Shown: positions 27,013-39,041 of the stretch, piece by piece
Position numbering within the stretch: position 1 is the stretch's first letter
Layout: each line of letters opens with the position of its first letter
Source: Callorhinchus milii
Lineage: Eukaryota
DNA length: 64,000 nt
Direction: 5' to 3'
Assembly (NCBI RefSeq): GCF_018977255.1
Contig: NW_024704742.1
Coordinates: 51,896,001-51,960,000 of the forward strand
Program-made: the position numbers and the translations under genes
The notes under the pieces: model-generated
What the model was told of the DNA's origin: nothing
Databases searched by the model: none
What the model saw: only the letters and a program-made list of their open reading frames with translations

Positions 27013-27119
27013 CAGCCTACAGATGAAGGTGAGGAAGAGAGCGACAGTGATAGTGATGACGACGATGATGATGTTCAAGTCACTATTGGTGACATTAAAA
27101 CTGGGGCACCTCAATACAC
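27013..27119 (+). CDS. FIP1L1: FIP1L1 coding exon 4 (acidic region)
   Basis: (Q)[40 protein letters not shown] tandem acceptor (start 27013 or 27016); donor AC|GTATGG. Confidence 0.93.
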
Positions 27120-28175
27120 GTATGGATTCTGTTTTCTTGTTGCTGTACATACACATGTTAATATTGTGGCTGTTGTGGTCTTAAGGTGTGAAATGCTCAT
27201 ACTGGGGAATGGAACAGTTTCACTTCATATTAGTGGCAGTACCACTATCACAAAATATACAGACAATTCACTTTACAATATGTTCTGTAAAGCCCTTTGA
27301 AACATCTCAAAGAAGTGATAAGGTGCTATGTCAAATGCAAGGATTATTATATTATTATTTTAATGTGAGTATACACAGCTGAGTATAACAATAGACATTT
27401 CTGTTTCATACCCTTTTAACTTATGCTTAATTCATGAGTGGTCAATGGAAGTTTTTGTTTACCATGTTAAAATGTTAGTCATGCGGATATTTGGTGCTTA
27501 AGAATATAAACTATCGAACACGAAAGGTTATTCATCCCAATCATCCTTCTTCTTCCATAGCCCATAGAAAAGCTTTCAGGTACACTCCAGCCGCACCCAA
27601 CATTCTATCTCAGTCTATTGGGGGATCTGCAGATACTTTCAGAAACTCAAAGATAATCCAGAGAATCTGTTTCTAGCCTCCATCTCCATTATTCAAACTT
27701 GACCTCACAAATGTCCTTTGCTCTCAGCACAGAATTCATTGTTCTCCAGTTAATTTTCCTCAACATGTGTGTGTGTATATATATATAACATGTATATGTT
27801 CCAACAAATAATCTTAGAAGCCAAGTTATGAAATATTTTCACAAGTAGATATGGTGGAGGTCCCTTTACAAATTTTAATATCACAACAAAATTACATTTG
27901 TAAAACGCCTTCCAGGTCGGAAGACTTCCCGAAGTTCACATTGAGGGAAGTTCAGATAATTGTAGGGTTCCTTTGTGTATGCAGTTATTCAATATAAAAT
28001 TCTTGTAAGCAAGAACATCTTGTAAATATCAAGTGTGATAAAGTGTAAAATCTAAGTTTACTTTTGGCAAAATCCAAGAAGCGAGTGATAAATTAGTAGC
28101 ACAACTTGTGATTTGTATGCCTGGTGTAATGGAATTGTGAAATTCTGTGAAATTGAAATGTTTTCCTTCCTATAG

Positions 28176-28234
28176 CTATGGAGTAACGCCTGTAAATCTC
28201 AATATCAAATCGTCAGGAAGATTATATGGATCTG
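28176..28234 (+). CDS. FIP1L1: FIP1L1 coding exon 5
   Basis: ttccttcctatag| ... TG|GTAAGC; 59 nt; YGVTPVNLNIKSSGRLYGS. Confidence 0.92.
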
Positions 28235-29857
28235 GTAAGCACATTACTGTATATATGTATTATCTCTGGGCTTTGTTCCAGTTAAAATTAAGAAGTGAGC
28301 TAAATGCTCCTGAGTCTTCCCCCAAGTATCACCTCTAATTGGACACCCTGTCTAATTAAATTCTACATAATATTGCTCTCCGAGCCTCATACTTCTCCAT
28401 ACCCACTGCTAGCAAAACCTGTCCCAGTTCCCTCTTGAAACTGTTAATACCTCTTTAGGAAACTTCCACATATTCACCATCATATGTGTAAAATAGTTAA
28501 ATCTAAACTGGTCTCCTTTTCCTCTTGAGCTTGAGACAGTGGTCCCATGTGAACTTATTGACTTTTTAATAAATATATCAGCCCTTAATGTCCTTATTTC
28601 AATGTAAACTGTTCTAGTTACCTCAGAGGTTAGATGCCTGATCTTATATATTAATTTTGCTCAGGATTACTAAATTCATTGCTCCACGATCAACTATCTT
28701 TACTTTCACTGTTAAATAATTTTGAATTCCCTTTATCATTTCTTTTGGATTTGCAGTAGAGCAAATATAATACAATATAATATGTGGCACTGGGAAGGGC
28801 CTAGTTAGAACTGGTGCTGTTTTGGTATTCTATGATGTGTAGGACTCCTTTTTGTTAGCAAGCCATCACTTTACAATAGCACAAAAGTTATTGCTTTATT
28901 AAAGGGGGGAAGAGTAGTCAGCAAAATGTACATTGGTGCTGGGTCTCATGTGCTACAGAAAGTGATGTGGGTTGATGTCCTTTTCGCTTCTGAATGAAAC
29001 TGAAACTGAATGAATGTCAGAGACATCCAAAGTAGGAGGCTTTAGTATTGGCAAGATATTGTCATTGATTAGCAGTTAGGTATTAGGTTTGTTGTGGGCT
29101 TTAGTGTATTGATTTGATAATAATTTCCATTCATACTTCATAACCAGTTGGTGAAAATTAGGTCCTGAATAGTGGGTGTGCTAAATCCAATTGCATGTAA
29201 TTTAGGCTTATTTTAACTGAGCAAATAAAGCACTGTTATAACTGTATATGGTTAACTGTAAATTCTGTAAACCTGAATGTGGTGGTGATGGCAGAATTTA
29301 AACACTTTTTTAAAAAAATGGTAAAGGGAAAAGTTACTGAATGTATGGTTGTTCAACATTAGTTTTATATCCAATGATATTTTTGGTGTGAGTCATTCTG
29401 GGACTATTTTCAGACAGTCATGCATCAATTATAAATTTTAATAGGTTCTCAGTACCCAGCTTCCTAATTCTTGTATAGGCGTGTGGCTTGCATTTTCCTG
29501 CATTAACTTGTAAATCCTTGCTTGGATGCATAAACATAATAAATCTGCAGCACTAAATCACTCAATGGGTTACTGGCCAGTACTAAACTGTACTACAAGT
29601 GCAAGTAAGTTACCAGGTGGTAAATTAGTTACTTCTATGTAAAACTAACTTCCATTTTGGTAAACAATTTCGTATCTGTGTCTTGTCTTCATCTGCAGTA
29701 CTGAATGACACAACTCGTTTAAAATTGTGAGAAAATATTTTCAATATTGCTGTATTAGTTTCAAATTAATTTAAATTTGTTTTAGTATTCTGTTTTGGTA
29801 AATGAAACATACCTTGCTTTTTACTGTACTGACATATTCTCATCCTTTATCTCAAAG

Positions 29858-29968
29858 GAATCAAAGCAGGAAAGGGAGTTGATCTTGATGCCCCCGGTGA
29901 TATCAGTGGGATCCCAACATTAGAAATAGACTTGGATTCTTTTGAAGACAAGCCTTGGAGAAAACCAG
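29858..29968 (+). CDS. FIP1L1: FIP1L1 coding exon 6 (Fip1 domain, first part)
   Basis: [41 protein letters not shown] acceptor, with an in-frame CAG acceptor possible at 29869; donor AG|GTATAA; 111 nt. Confidence 0.93.
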
Positions 29969-30257
29969 GTATAACATGTTCTGCTACTTAATTACCCTAC
30001 AAACAATTAGATATTTATATTTATTTTCCATTCATTAAATATGTTCCATTGTTTGAATATTGATGTCATGATTGCTTTTGTATTGTCTCCTTGGATTGCA
30101 ATCATTTCTCATATTATTGTACTGCTATTTTAAAAACAAGTGTTTGCATCTTAATTATGGTCACATTGTAAATCTCTTGCACGATATTTTTAACAATATC
30201 TTTTGTATTACATTTTGCAGCCAGTTCCTTGGATACTTATTATTCGTCTATTTTCAG

Positions 30258-30388
30258 GTGCTGACCTCTCTGATTACTTCAATTACGGATTCAACGAGGA
30301 GACTTGGAAAGCTTACTGTGAGAAACAGAAGCGATTGAGAATGGGACTTGAACCTCTTCCTCCTTCCTCAACAACAAATCGAATCACA
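30258..30388 (+). CDS. FIP1L1: FIP1L1 coding exon 7 (Fip1 domain core)
   Basis: [44 protein letters not shown] is the hallmark Fip1 motif; ttttcag| ... CA|GTGAGT; 131 nt. Confidence 0.97.
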
Positions 30389-31348
30389 GTGAGTTTTCTT
30401 TGAACTTTGAGAACTGTGAGCAGCAGCATTGGCTTGCATGATGTAACACATACTTAGTGTGTAACCTGCCATGCCATCCAATAAATTGCTGCCACGCTGT
30501 TTCTCCAAGAAACAACTGGTCAATCATTATAGTAAGAATTGACTTTCAAGTTGTTTTAACTTCTTCAGTAAAATAAATAGGGTACAGAGAGTACTTGGAC
30601 CAGGTGGAAGTATTCCTGATTGGTAACAGTTCAGTCCTAATTTAATTTGAGCCTTAGCTAGTTATGATAGGGTACATAGTAACAATTTTCATTGGTCAGA
30701 AATGAATGAGAGGGTGGAAACTTAAAGTAAGCACAAAAAGAATTAATGTGGAGGTTACAAAAAAATCTTTACCTAAAGAGTGATTGGAATGTGGCACAAA
30801 CTAGTATGAAGTAGAATCCATCAATTTTAAAATAAAATTTGATAAATGCTGGAGAGCAGGAATATTAAAGGGTATGCAGTGCGAGCAGGAGAACGGGATT
30901 ACATTTGGTGTTTTATGGTGGAGAAAAGCACCAGCGCAGATTTGAAGTTACCAGTAATCTGCTTTGTGCTGCGCTATTTTATCATTTGAACAAATGCCTT
31001 TCCCTGTGTTATTTACTGAACAATTCAGAAAGCTGGAAAATAATATAATCCTTGATATAGTCAGGAGGAAGCCTCTAAGCACTTTGGAGGATATATTGTA
31101 AAGTGCAGTCACAGTGTATTGAACACAGCAGCTAATTTACATAGAACAATGTCCCACAAACAATCATGAAGTGAATGCCCAATGATATTTGAACGAATAT
31201 TTGGCCAGGATACCAGAACAATTCTCTTCTCGTTTTGCATTGTGGAATCTTAAACAATAAGGAATAAAAAGTTTATTTACAACAAACTAGTAGTTTTTTG
31301 GCCTTGTGCTTCACTTCAGTAATATGAAGTTTTTTTAAAATCTTTCAG

Positions 31349-31458
31349 GTACAACAGGGCAGAACTGGAAATCCCGAGAAAGAGCCAGAGATACCACCCC
31401 CTAAAATGGATTTCCCATCTCCTCCAAATCGCTACAGAGCAGGACCACCACCAAACAG
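31349..31458 (+). CDS. FIP1L1: FIP1L1 coding exon 8
   Basis: tctttcag| ... AG|GTCAGT; 110 nt; VQQGRTGNPEKEPEIPPPKMDFPSPPNRYRAGPPPN. Confidence 0.93.
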
Positions 31459-31954
31459 GTCAGTATGGGTGGAAATAAAAAAAAGCTATAAAATCTGAAA
31501 TAAAAATGTATTCTGTTTATAATTGAATTGATTATGAGTGAGTTTTAAATAGGAATATTTCTGGTGACTGCATAAAGTTAAAGCAGAGAAAAGGATGAAC
31601 AGAATCATAGGACGTTTACAGCACACAAGGAGGCTGTTTAACAACTTGTATCTGCTGGTGCTAGAGCCCTCACTGGAGCTACCTTGCTCTAATCCCATTC
31701 CTCTATTTCTCCAATTTTGTATCTTCCCATTTTGTAAGATTTAAAATGTTTTAACATAGTTATAAGTTATTACAGATACATGAAGTGGAAATCCTAAGTG
31801 ATAATGCTTTGTGCAAGCTAAATGTAGCAATGGTCATTTATTCATTTTTGCATCCAGTTGTTCCTCAGTCTTAAGAGTCTAGAGCCATAACCATGATGTT
31901 CTTTGTTTAAATAAAGTGATGTAATTGCAGCCTAATCGATGATGTATTTTTCAG

Positions 31955-32060
31955 AAGGTTGTCTGGGTCAATCGAGGTTATTGGAGGTCAGTTGATTACT
32001 ATTGCTCGGGTTGAGGGCCGGCGTCGGGATCGGGGTGGAGCAGATGAAAATGCCATCCAG
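31955..32060 (+). CDS. FIP1L1: FIP1L1 coding exon 9
   Basis: tttttcag| ... CAG|GTTTGT; 106 nt; RRLSGSIEVIGGQLITIARVEGRRRDRGGADENAIQ. Confidence 0.92.
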
Positions 32061-32544
32061 GTTTGTGTAGCATTTGTTGTTTGATCATTTTAAACAATTA
32101 ACCACATAGTTTTACGGCATCACGGTTTAAAGAACTGGTTTTAAGATATCCTTGATCTGAAGCATCCTGGGTTAATCATTGTCTGAGGTTTACACCATTC
32201 TTTCAAGCTGCTACTTTTAGTATCACATGAGTGAGTTTTTTGGATGATATTGACATTCATCAGTTGCACAAAAATCAGTTGAAAGGGGCCGAGGAATTGG
32301 GTACTTTTATGGGATTTTTAATTGTATTCAAGATTACTCTTCATGTGGAGATGGACCGAGGAAAAAGAAGCAGTTTTTTTGCCAATTTACAATACTTCTG
32401 AAAACACTGCCTCTTTGCTGCAGTTCGGTTCCAAGGACACAGGCCAGTGTCTGGTGCTTTGCTCAGTGGGTACTCTTCATGAGGTCAGACAGTGAATATT
32501 TTCAGGTTGCTTGACTGTGATGGGAAGCATACACAACAATTTTC

Positions 32545-32975
32545 ATTTATATAGCGGCCATCATGTGGCGTAGCGTCTTGGACGGAGGAAATGGCATAGC
32601 TTGACGCAGAGCTGGGGGGAGGCACTGTTGAAGATGAAGGACTTCAGGTGTGATCAGAAGACTGGGAAGGAGGAGGTCAAATCGAGGGGTTGAGGAAGAG
32701 AGTTCCATAGTTTCGGGGCATAGTGGTTGAAGGCCAATGATGAAGTAGAAGGACATGCAGGAGGCCGGATCTAGCTGAGTAGAGGCCGAAAGTAGTAGAG
32801 TGGGGTGTAAGCATGTTGGAGAAGTAGCGAGGTGCCAGTGCTTGAAGTGGATAGGGAGCCAGTGGATCCTGTCAAGGACTGGGATAATGGGGGTACAGGA
32901 TTTGGTGTGGATGAGGATACTGGTGGCAGAGTTTGGGATTATCTGATTTTGTGAATTCTGGAGCTGGGAAGACTG
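32545..32975 (-). mobile_element. Old L2 3' fragment
   Basis: ATTTATATAGCG tail motif at left, followed by purine-rich antisense L2-like sequence. Confidence 0.6.
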
Positions 32976-33436
32976 TGCACTGCCTGACTTTTGTTTGATA
33001 ATAAATGTAAAATGTGAACTATCAACCTTACTGTTGTACCTTAATACAGATTTTTATAGGCATGACTTTATATACCAGTTACTGCTCATTTGACAGCTTT
33101 AAAGTTACACGTTACTGTTCCACTGACATGTGTTCACACACGCACAAAATTATGTTGGTAATATTATTTTGTTCACATTGCCATAATCATTCCTATTAAC
33201 CACCTCTCTAATACTGATTTACACAGATCAGTGAGTTTGACTTAGCTGCCTTTTTTATATAAAGGAATAGAAGTTTCCTCATTGTGATAGTCAGTTGAGT
33301 GGTGGTTGGGGGGGGTGTCACATCCCTAGACCAAAATATATTTGAGTCATTGACTCAAAAATTGTTAACGCATCACAAATTGTACTTTTTGTCCTGTAGT
33401 GTCACTGAACCAGGAATTAATTTGAAACTGGCAAAG

Positions 33437-33925
33437 CAACAAGTTACACTTGCATATCGCCCTTCACGTCAGGAAAACATCCCACGGCACTGGACAATCA
33501 GGGGTTTTTGGACCTCATTTGGGGTCAGGAGGGGTGGGAGGAAGAGGAAGGTTGAGGTGGGACTTGAAGGAGGCAAGAGAGGGTGTGAGGTGGAGGGATT
33601 GTGGGATAGAGTTCCAGAGAGTGGGTGCAGAGATGCTGAATGCTCAACTACCAATGGTGGTTTGGAAGGGCGGAAGTGTCTGCTGGGCGGAGGGCTCGGT
33701 CCGGCTGATATGGGGTATGGGTTCGGAGAGGTAAGGGGAAGCAAGACTGTGGAGGTCTTTGAAGGTGCGAGCGAGGGTTTTGTACTTGATTCTCTGAGGG
33801 ATGGGAAGCCAATGAAGTTGGGCAAGAACAGGGGTGATTGGTTCTCGGAGCCTGGTGCAGGAGAGAACAGGAGCTGCAGAGTTTTGAATAATCTGCAGTT
33901 TGTGGAGTGAAGAGTTGGGAAGTCC
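33437..33925 (-). mobile_element. L2 3' fragment
   Basis: Antisense tail and ORF2 end, homologous to 842-1400. Confidence 0.85.
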
Positions 33926-34117
33926 AAAGGGTTACAAATTTACAAAGACTATGTAAGGATTACTTTATGTACAAAAAACAAAGTTTAGTCACATTGATGA
34001 GATCAAATATTTAACTTCATAAAAATCTCTTATTAAAAACAATTAATCTGTTTTCAATAAAAAGTTACAAGTTTAGTTCTGATAGTATTAACCACATGTG
34101 TTTTTTTTCCACAAAAG

Positions 34118-34286
34118 GTACTTGGTGATCATGGAGCAGTAGAATTTGTTAACAGCAACAATCCAACGAAGCGGCCTCCGTTTCTTCCTCCAGGGGCACC
34201 TCCCCTTCACATGACTGGGCCACCTCCACCATTCCTACCCCCTCCTCCACCTGTCAGTGCCACACCTCCTCTTCTTCACCCACCAG
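34118..34286 (+). CDS. FIP1L1: FIP1L1 coding exon 10 (Pro-rich)
   Basis: ttttccacaaaag| ... AG|GTGAGA; 169 nt; [56 protein letters not shown]. Confidence 0.92.
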
Positions 34287-36149
34287 GTGAGAGTTGAACA
34301 TTTGCCTTTTGCACAAACCCAATTGTTTTTAGTTCAATGGAGTTTAGTTTCACGATTAGCCGCTAGTGGGTGAGGGGATATATATATATAATATATATGT
34401 ATATCCAGGACAAACTCAAATTTCCAGATACTGAGAGAGTTCTGACTTGCTTCTGTTTGGAGTAATACTCTGTTTATAATAATGTTATATGTCATATATA
34501 TACACCTTTTCCTTCACAGCCTGACTCAATCTCCCTAACACAGCTTCATGGAAACCTGTCATTTTGTGTGTTAGAGAATCAGTCAGCCAACATCATTGCA
34601 GGCTCAGTCAGTAACATTGTAATAATAATCATTAGTGCAGGTTCAGTCAGCAATCGACTCCATAAAATCAACGTGGGTTCGGAATATTTTTTTTCCTGGA
34701 TAGCATGATTGTGGTTGTATGAAAGGTATCTGCAACCTTAAAAAACCCACAGATTTGAAGCTGCTTCGACAGTAAAACTATTGTATGTTTGAAGTATTCA
34801 TACCCTGCAGTTTCTTCCGTCTTTAATGAAATTTCTTAATTGAAAATGTATGTTAATATAACAAGGGGAGAGGAGGGCATAGTTCCTTATTGATAGGAAC
34901 AAAGGTACAGTGCCCTGTATATTTTACCAGTATTTACAACACAGTTCTCTTGACATTGGCTTTCCCTGGGGAGCTTCAAATGATAAAATCACAAACCACT
35001 TTTGGCTTTGTGATGGATGGATGAATACAAATGATTTAAGTAACCCAAGGCAAGAAAGGAACGTTGCTATGAATGACTAAATTTTAAGAATGAAAGGGTT
35101 TTATACTCCACAGTAGCTAAGTTAATTTTTTATAATAAATATTAATCTTAATGTGTTGTGTTAGAATTTTCACAAAGGCTTAGCAACCTCTTTCCATGCA
35201 TGGTCCCAATCTGCATATACCATTAAGTTATGTGTATTTGGTTCATACTTGGCAATGTTTTAATTGTCTTTTGGCCAGAGCTTTAACTTCAAAGCAGTTT
35301 CTAAAATAGAATTTAAAATCTGCTAGGTTCAATGAAAACAACTGCTGTTACCTATGAATGATATATCAGAGCCAAAAAATGTTGAATCACTACAAATGTA
35401 AAACATCCTGCTGAATACTCTTTGAAATGGGTATTGAATGCAGCCCTACTTTAATTAGACTTTACTTTATTGACTTTCAAGTTTATGGTGCTCATGTTTT
35501 AGTCAGCTTTATTAAAAAATAGTCAAATCTTGTACTTTTGGTTTATACAGGTTCTGCTCCACATGTTTAGCAAATAGATGCAGTTCTTCTCTGGGAACTG
35601 TACTAAAATATCTAGCTTGTTCCTGTACAAGTAGGTGCTTGTCCTGTAAGGAGAAAATAGTATTGTGTTTATTTTTCTCATAGCTGAACTTTTATCAGGT
35701 TTGACTACTGTTAACGTTTTGAGCTAAATATGTGGATTTTTGGTATTTCAAGCAGAGATTGCTTGAAGTGAATTTCAGTGTTTGGGCTCAGACACATGTG
35801 TCCAGTCAGCACTACAACAATTAGCAAACGTTCTTTCAGGTATTGGCTTTGTTTACACTAGAATTTACTCCGCAGCCCTGTTAATACGTGGTTGTTGAGA
35901 TCCGTAAAATCCCAACCTGTGCTGCAACAAGGTGCGATCACCAGTCAGGGCTTCAGCATCCTCATATGACTGATCGCAGGACATGACATCAATGCACATG
36001 TGTGGAATGCCAGATAGCTTTCTGCTCTAAAAATTGCAGATTTCCAGGTCTCTCCTGTCATCCCATACAGTATGCCCTTGTGTGCAAAAAGGCTTTGTAA
36101 TACAAAACCAAACCCAACTTACCACAGTTCAAGCAGCTGTGCTATAATG

Positions 36150-36560
36150 GTTGAATAGATGAGGAATTATGTTTCTTAGAGTGGAGGAGGTTAAGGGATG
36201 ATTTGATTGAAGTATCTAAACTGAAAGGAATTGGCAGGTTAGGTAGCAAATGACTGTTCCCAATGGTAGAAGAGATTCATTACAAATATAGCCTTACAAT
36301 CAGACAAAGACAATTAACTGAGACTGGGAACCATTTTACCACAGGATTGTGAAGATGTGGAATGTTTAATCCCAGAAAACTAAGATGGAATTGGTAGGGT
36401 TGTTTAAAATCGAGATAGACAGAGGTAAGAATGTTTAGGGTAAGGGATACGGCCAAATCTCCAGGATTAATAGATCTGCCAAGATCTAATAAAACTGATG
36501 GAACAGGCTACATGTACTGAATGGCCTCCTCCTGTTCCCGTTTCCCTATGTTTCTAATTG
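36150..36560 (+). mobile_element. CR1 LINE 3' fragment
   Basis: GGAGGAGGTTAAGGGATGATTTGATTGAAGT, GTGAAGATGTGGAATG, end ...ACTGAATGGCCTCCTCCTGTTCC typical of CR1 3' ends. Similar pieces at ~2225-2495(+), 30700-30980(+), 28320-28600(-), 11600-11900(-), 16170-16450(-). Confidence 0.75.
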
Positions 36561-38628
36561 TATGCTTCTTAAACTATAAACCTGTGGGCATGCTTGTGTA
36601 CCCTCAACATTTTGGTGAAGGTGAACTTTTGGAAATGACTATTTCTCCTGGTGCCGTGGCCAACAATCCTCCAGATGAAGTTAGTCATTCACTCCTTGGC
36701 TGTTTGTGGGGAAATTGCTGTGCGCAATTGTGCTACTGCATTTGTCTACAAATACACAGTCACTTCATTTCACAGTAAATCTTGTAATGAATGCACTTGG
36801 AGATGTCATTCCGACATCATAAGGCGCAATGCAAGGAGCATTATTATTTTTATTTTGGACTTGATGAGCATTTCCATAGAAATATTCATCCTTGTTAAAG
36901 TACCTTATTTAAGCGCTCTGAGATGCTACCCTGCATGGAGGGCGCTATATAAGTGCAAGTTATTGTTGTTGAAGGGAATGTGTGTACTGTACAAAACCTT
37001 TTTGGGAATTCTCTCTTTCCCTCACATCCCGCATTGATTTAAGCAATTGCTCAGTTGCTCAAGTAAAACTGAGGATAATGGTAATGTGATGTTAGTCTTA
37101 TAGATGTTAAATCATGAAGTGTAGTGGTTTAATTTTACACCACCGAAGTGAGACTGAACACTTTCCAAAATAAACCTTAACAGTAAACACAGATTTAGAT
37201 TTTTGTAAGCACAATCCAATCCTGGGGCTATCATTATCTTAAAATGTTCCATTCAGGAGCACATGTGTTTGGGTCTTTAGATTTTACCCCAATTTTGAAT
37301 TTACATTAATAAATTTGACCATGGAAGGGTGCAAAATCTATTTTTTTTAAATAATTTTTTGACTAATTGGTAAATCACTAATTTTATAAAATGGGGCGAA
37401 AGGTCAAGTAATTAGTTTTCTGAGTATAGTATTTCAACAAAAGCTTTTGTACCTGCTGTTGTGACATGAAGGATGCACATCTGGCACGCTATTAAAGAAA
37501 TAATAAATTGCTCGCAGCTGTCTTTCCTCTGGTGTTTAACATTTGAAACTGATTGCAACTTCAGATTTCAAACAGTCTTTTGTAGTTCTATTGATCCACA
37601 CAAGTTAAAGTTATCAAATATGACATAAGTTGATTTTGTGAAATTGTAAATTCAGGCTGTGATCTTGTTTTGAATTGTTGTTTGTGCTTTAATTTATTAA
37701 CTAGGAAGTTAGTGTGATCCTGCAACATAAAAGGTTTCTAAGAAGATGTAAATTTAATCATATATATTGTGTGATGAAATAAGCAGACTAATTTGGGGTT
37801 TTAATTTGTAGTATTTCTTAGCAAGATTCTTTGATAAGAAATCCAATTTGGGAAAATACTATTCTGACAGTGTTGCACAATTTAAAACTCTGTTACAGGA
37901 TATGATATTCAGATAGCTAATTAGAAATGTTTACCCTGAACAATTAGACATTCTTGGTGCTTTTAATGTTTTCAGTGGAAGGAATATGAGGAAAAACGAG
38001 AAAGAGAATACATTAGTTATAAGGAAGCATCAAAATGATTTTTTTTAAAAAGCTAAGATAATTGTCATATCTGTTCATGTGTGACTATGTGGGATATTCT
38101 TTGCTCCCAGTTTCTAATATTCCTCTTGATCATGACTATCTAAATAATTTCCTGGTTGCTTGCTTTTTTTCCTTAGTGTTTAGTTACATTGTACTCTGAG
38201 GGAATTCGTTAAATGTTTACAACAACTATTGCATTTAGATAGAGTAGCATCTCGGAGCGCATAATCATAGCATAGTTTGACACTTAGCTGGGAGAAAAGG
38301 GAGGTGACCTTGGCACAGTCAAAGAGAAAAGTCTTTAGGTGTGTTCTGAAGACAGTGCTCCTTTGTCTTTCAATTTTGTTGGGGGCATTTTATTGTGATC
38401 CTCAAGTTGAGGGTTGTTATGACTGGGCAGTTTTGTGTTGTGAAAACTTGGAACTAGGGTGGAATGACTTTTAATGCATCAGTATGAGCCTCATTCAACC
38501 TTAAAATATCAAAATGAAAGGGCAATAGGTATACTAATCTACTGCAACACCAAGTCCCTATCGTTTTCGTTTACGTGCTTAAAAAATATTGTATGTGTTA
38601 TTCATGACTTAATTTTTTTTCTTCCCAG

Positions 38629-38655
38629 GAATGCCTTTGACAACACCACCACCAG
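38629..38655 (+). CDS. FIP1L1: FIP1L1 coding exon 11, 27-nt microexon
   Basis: ttttttttcttcccag| GA ATG CCT TTG ACA ACA CCA CCA CCA G|GTATTG; symmetric phase 1; GMPLTTPPP. Confidence 0.82.
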
Positions 38656-38989
38656 GTATTGTTTGAGTATTTTTTTGTCATGGTGCTATAATTTGTTTTG
38701 AAGATTTGTTTCAGTATTTCATTCAGTCTGTTTCCTTTTAGTTCACAATTGTCCTTTTATATGATCATATTTCAATGATAACTGTATATATGGAAAATTT
38801 TTCAGTGTCAAAGGATTTTTTTAAGGATAGATGAAAATAATGTTTCCACATTGGAGTTTTATGGTTTAATATTTGCATAAGGAAGTGACAACTCAACATA
38901 AGCATCAATTTAGAAATTTACAAAATGTATCTTTTGTCAATGTCTTGAAGTTAAATTGTTTTCAAAGAAACGGTTTGATAACTTTTCAG

Positions 38990-39041
38990 GTTTTCTGCCT
39001 CCACCTGGAGCTCCACCACCTTCACTTGTGCAATTGGAAAG
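38990..39041 (+). CDS. FIP1L1: FIP1L1 coding exon 12
   Basis: acttttcag| ... AG|GTAAAT; 52 nt; GFLPPPGAPPPSLVQLES. Confidence 0.92.
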
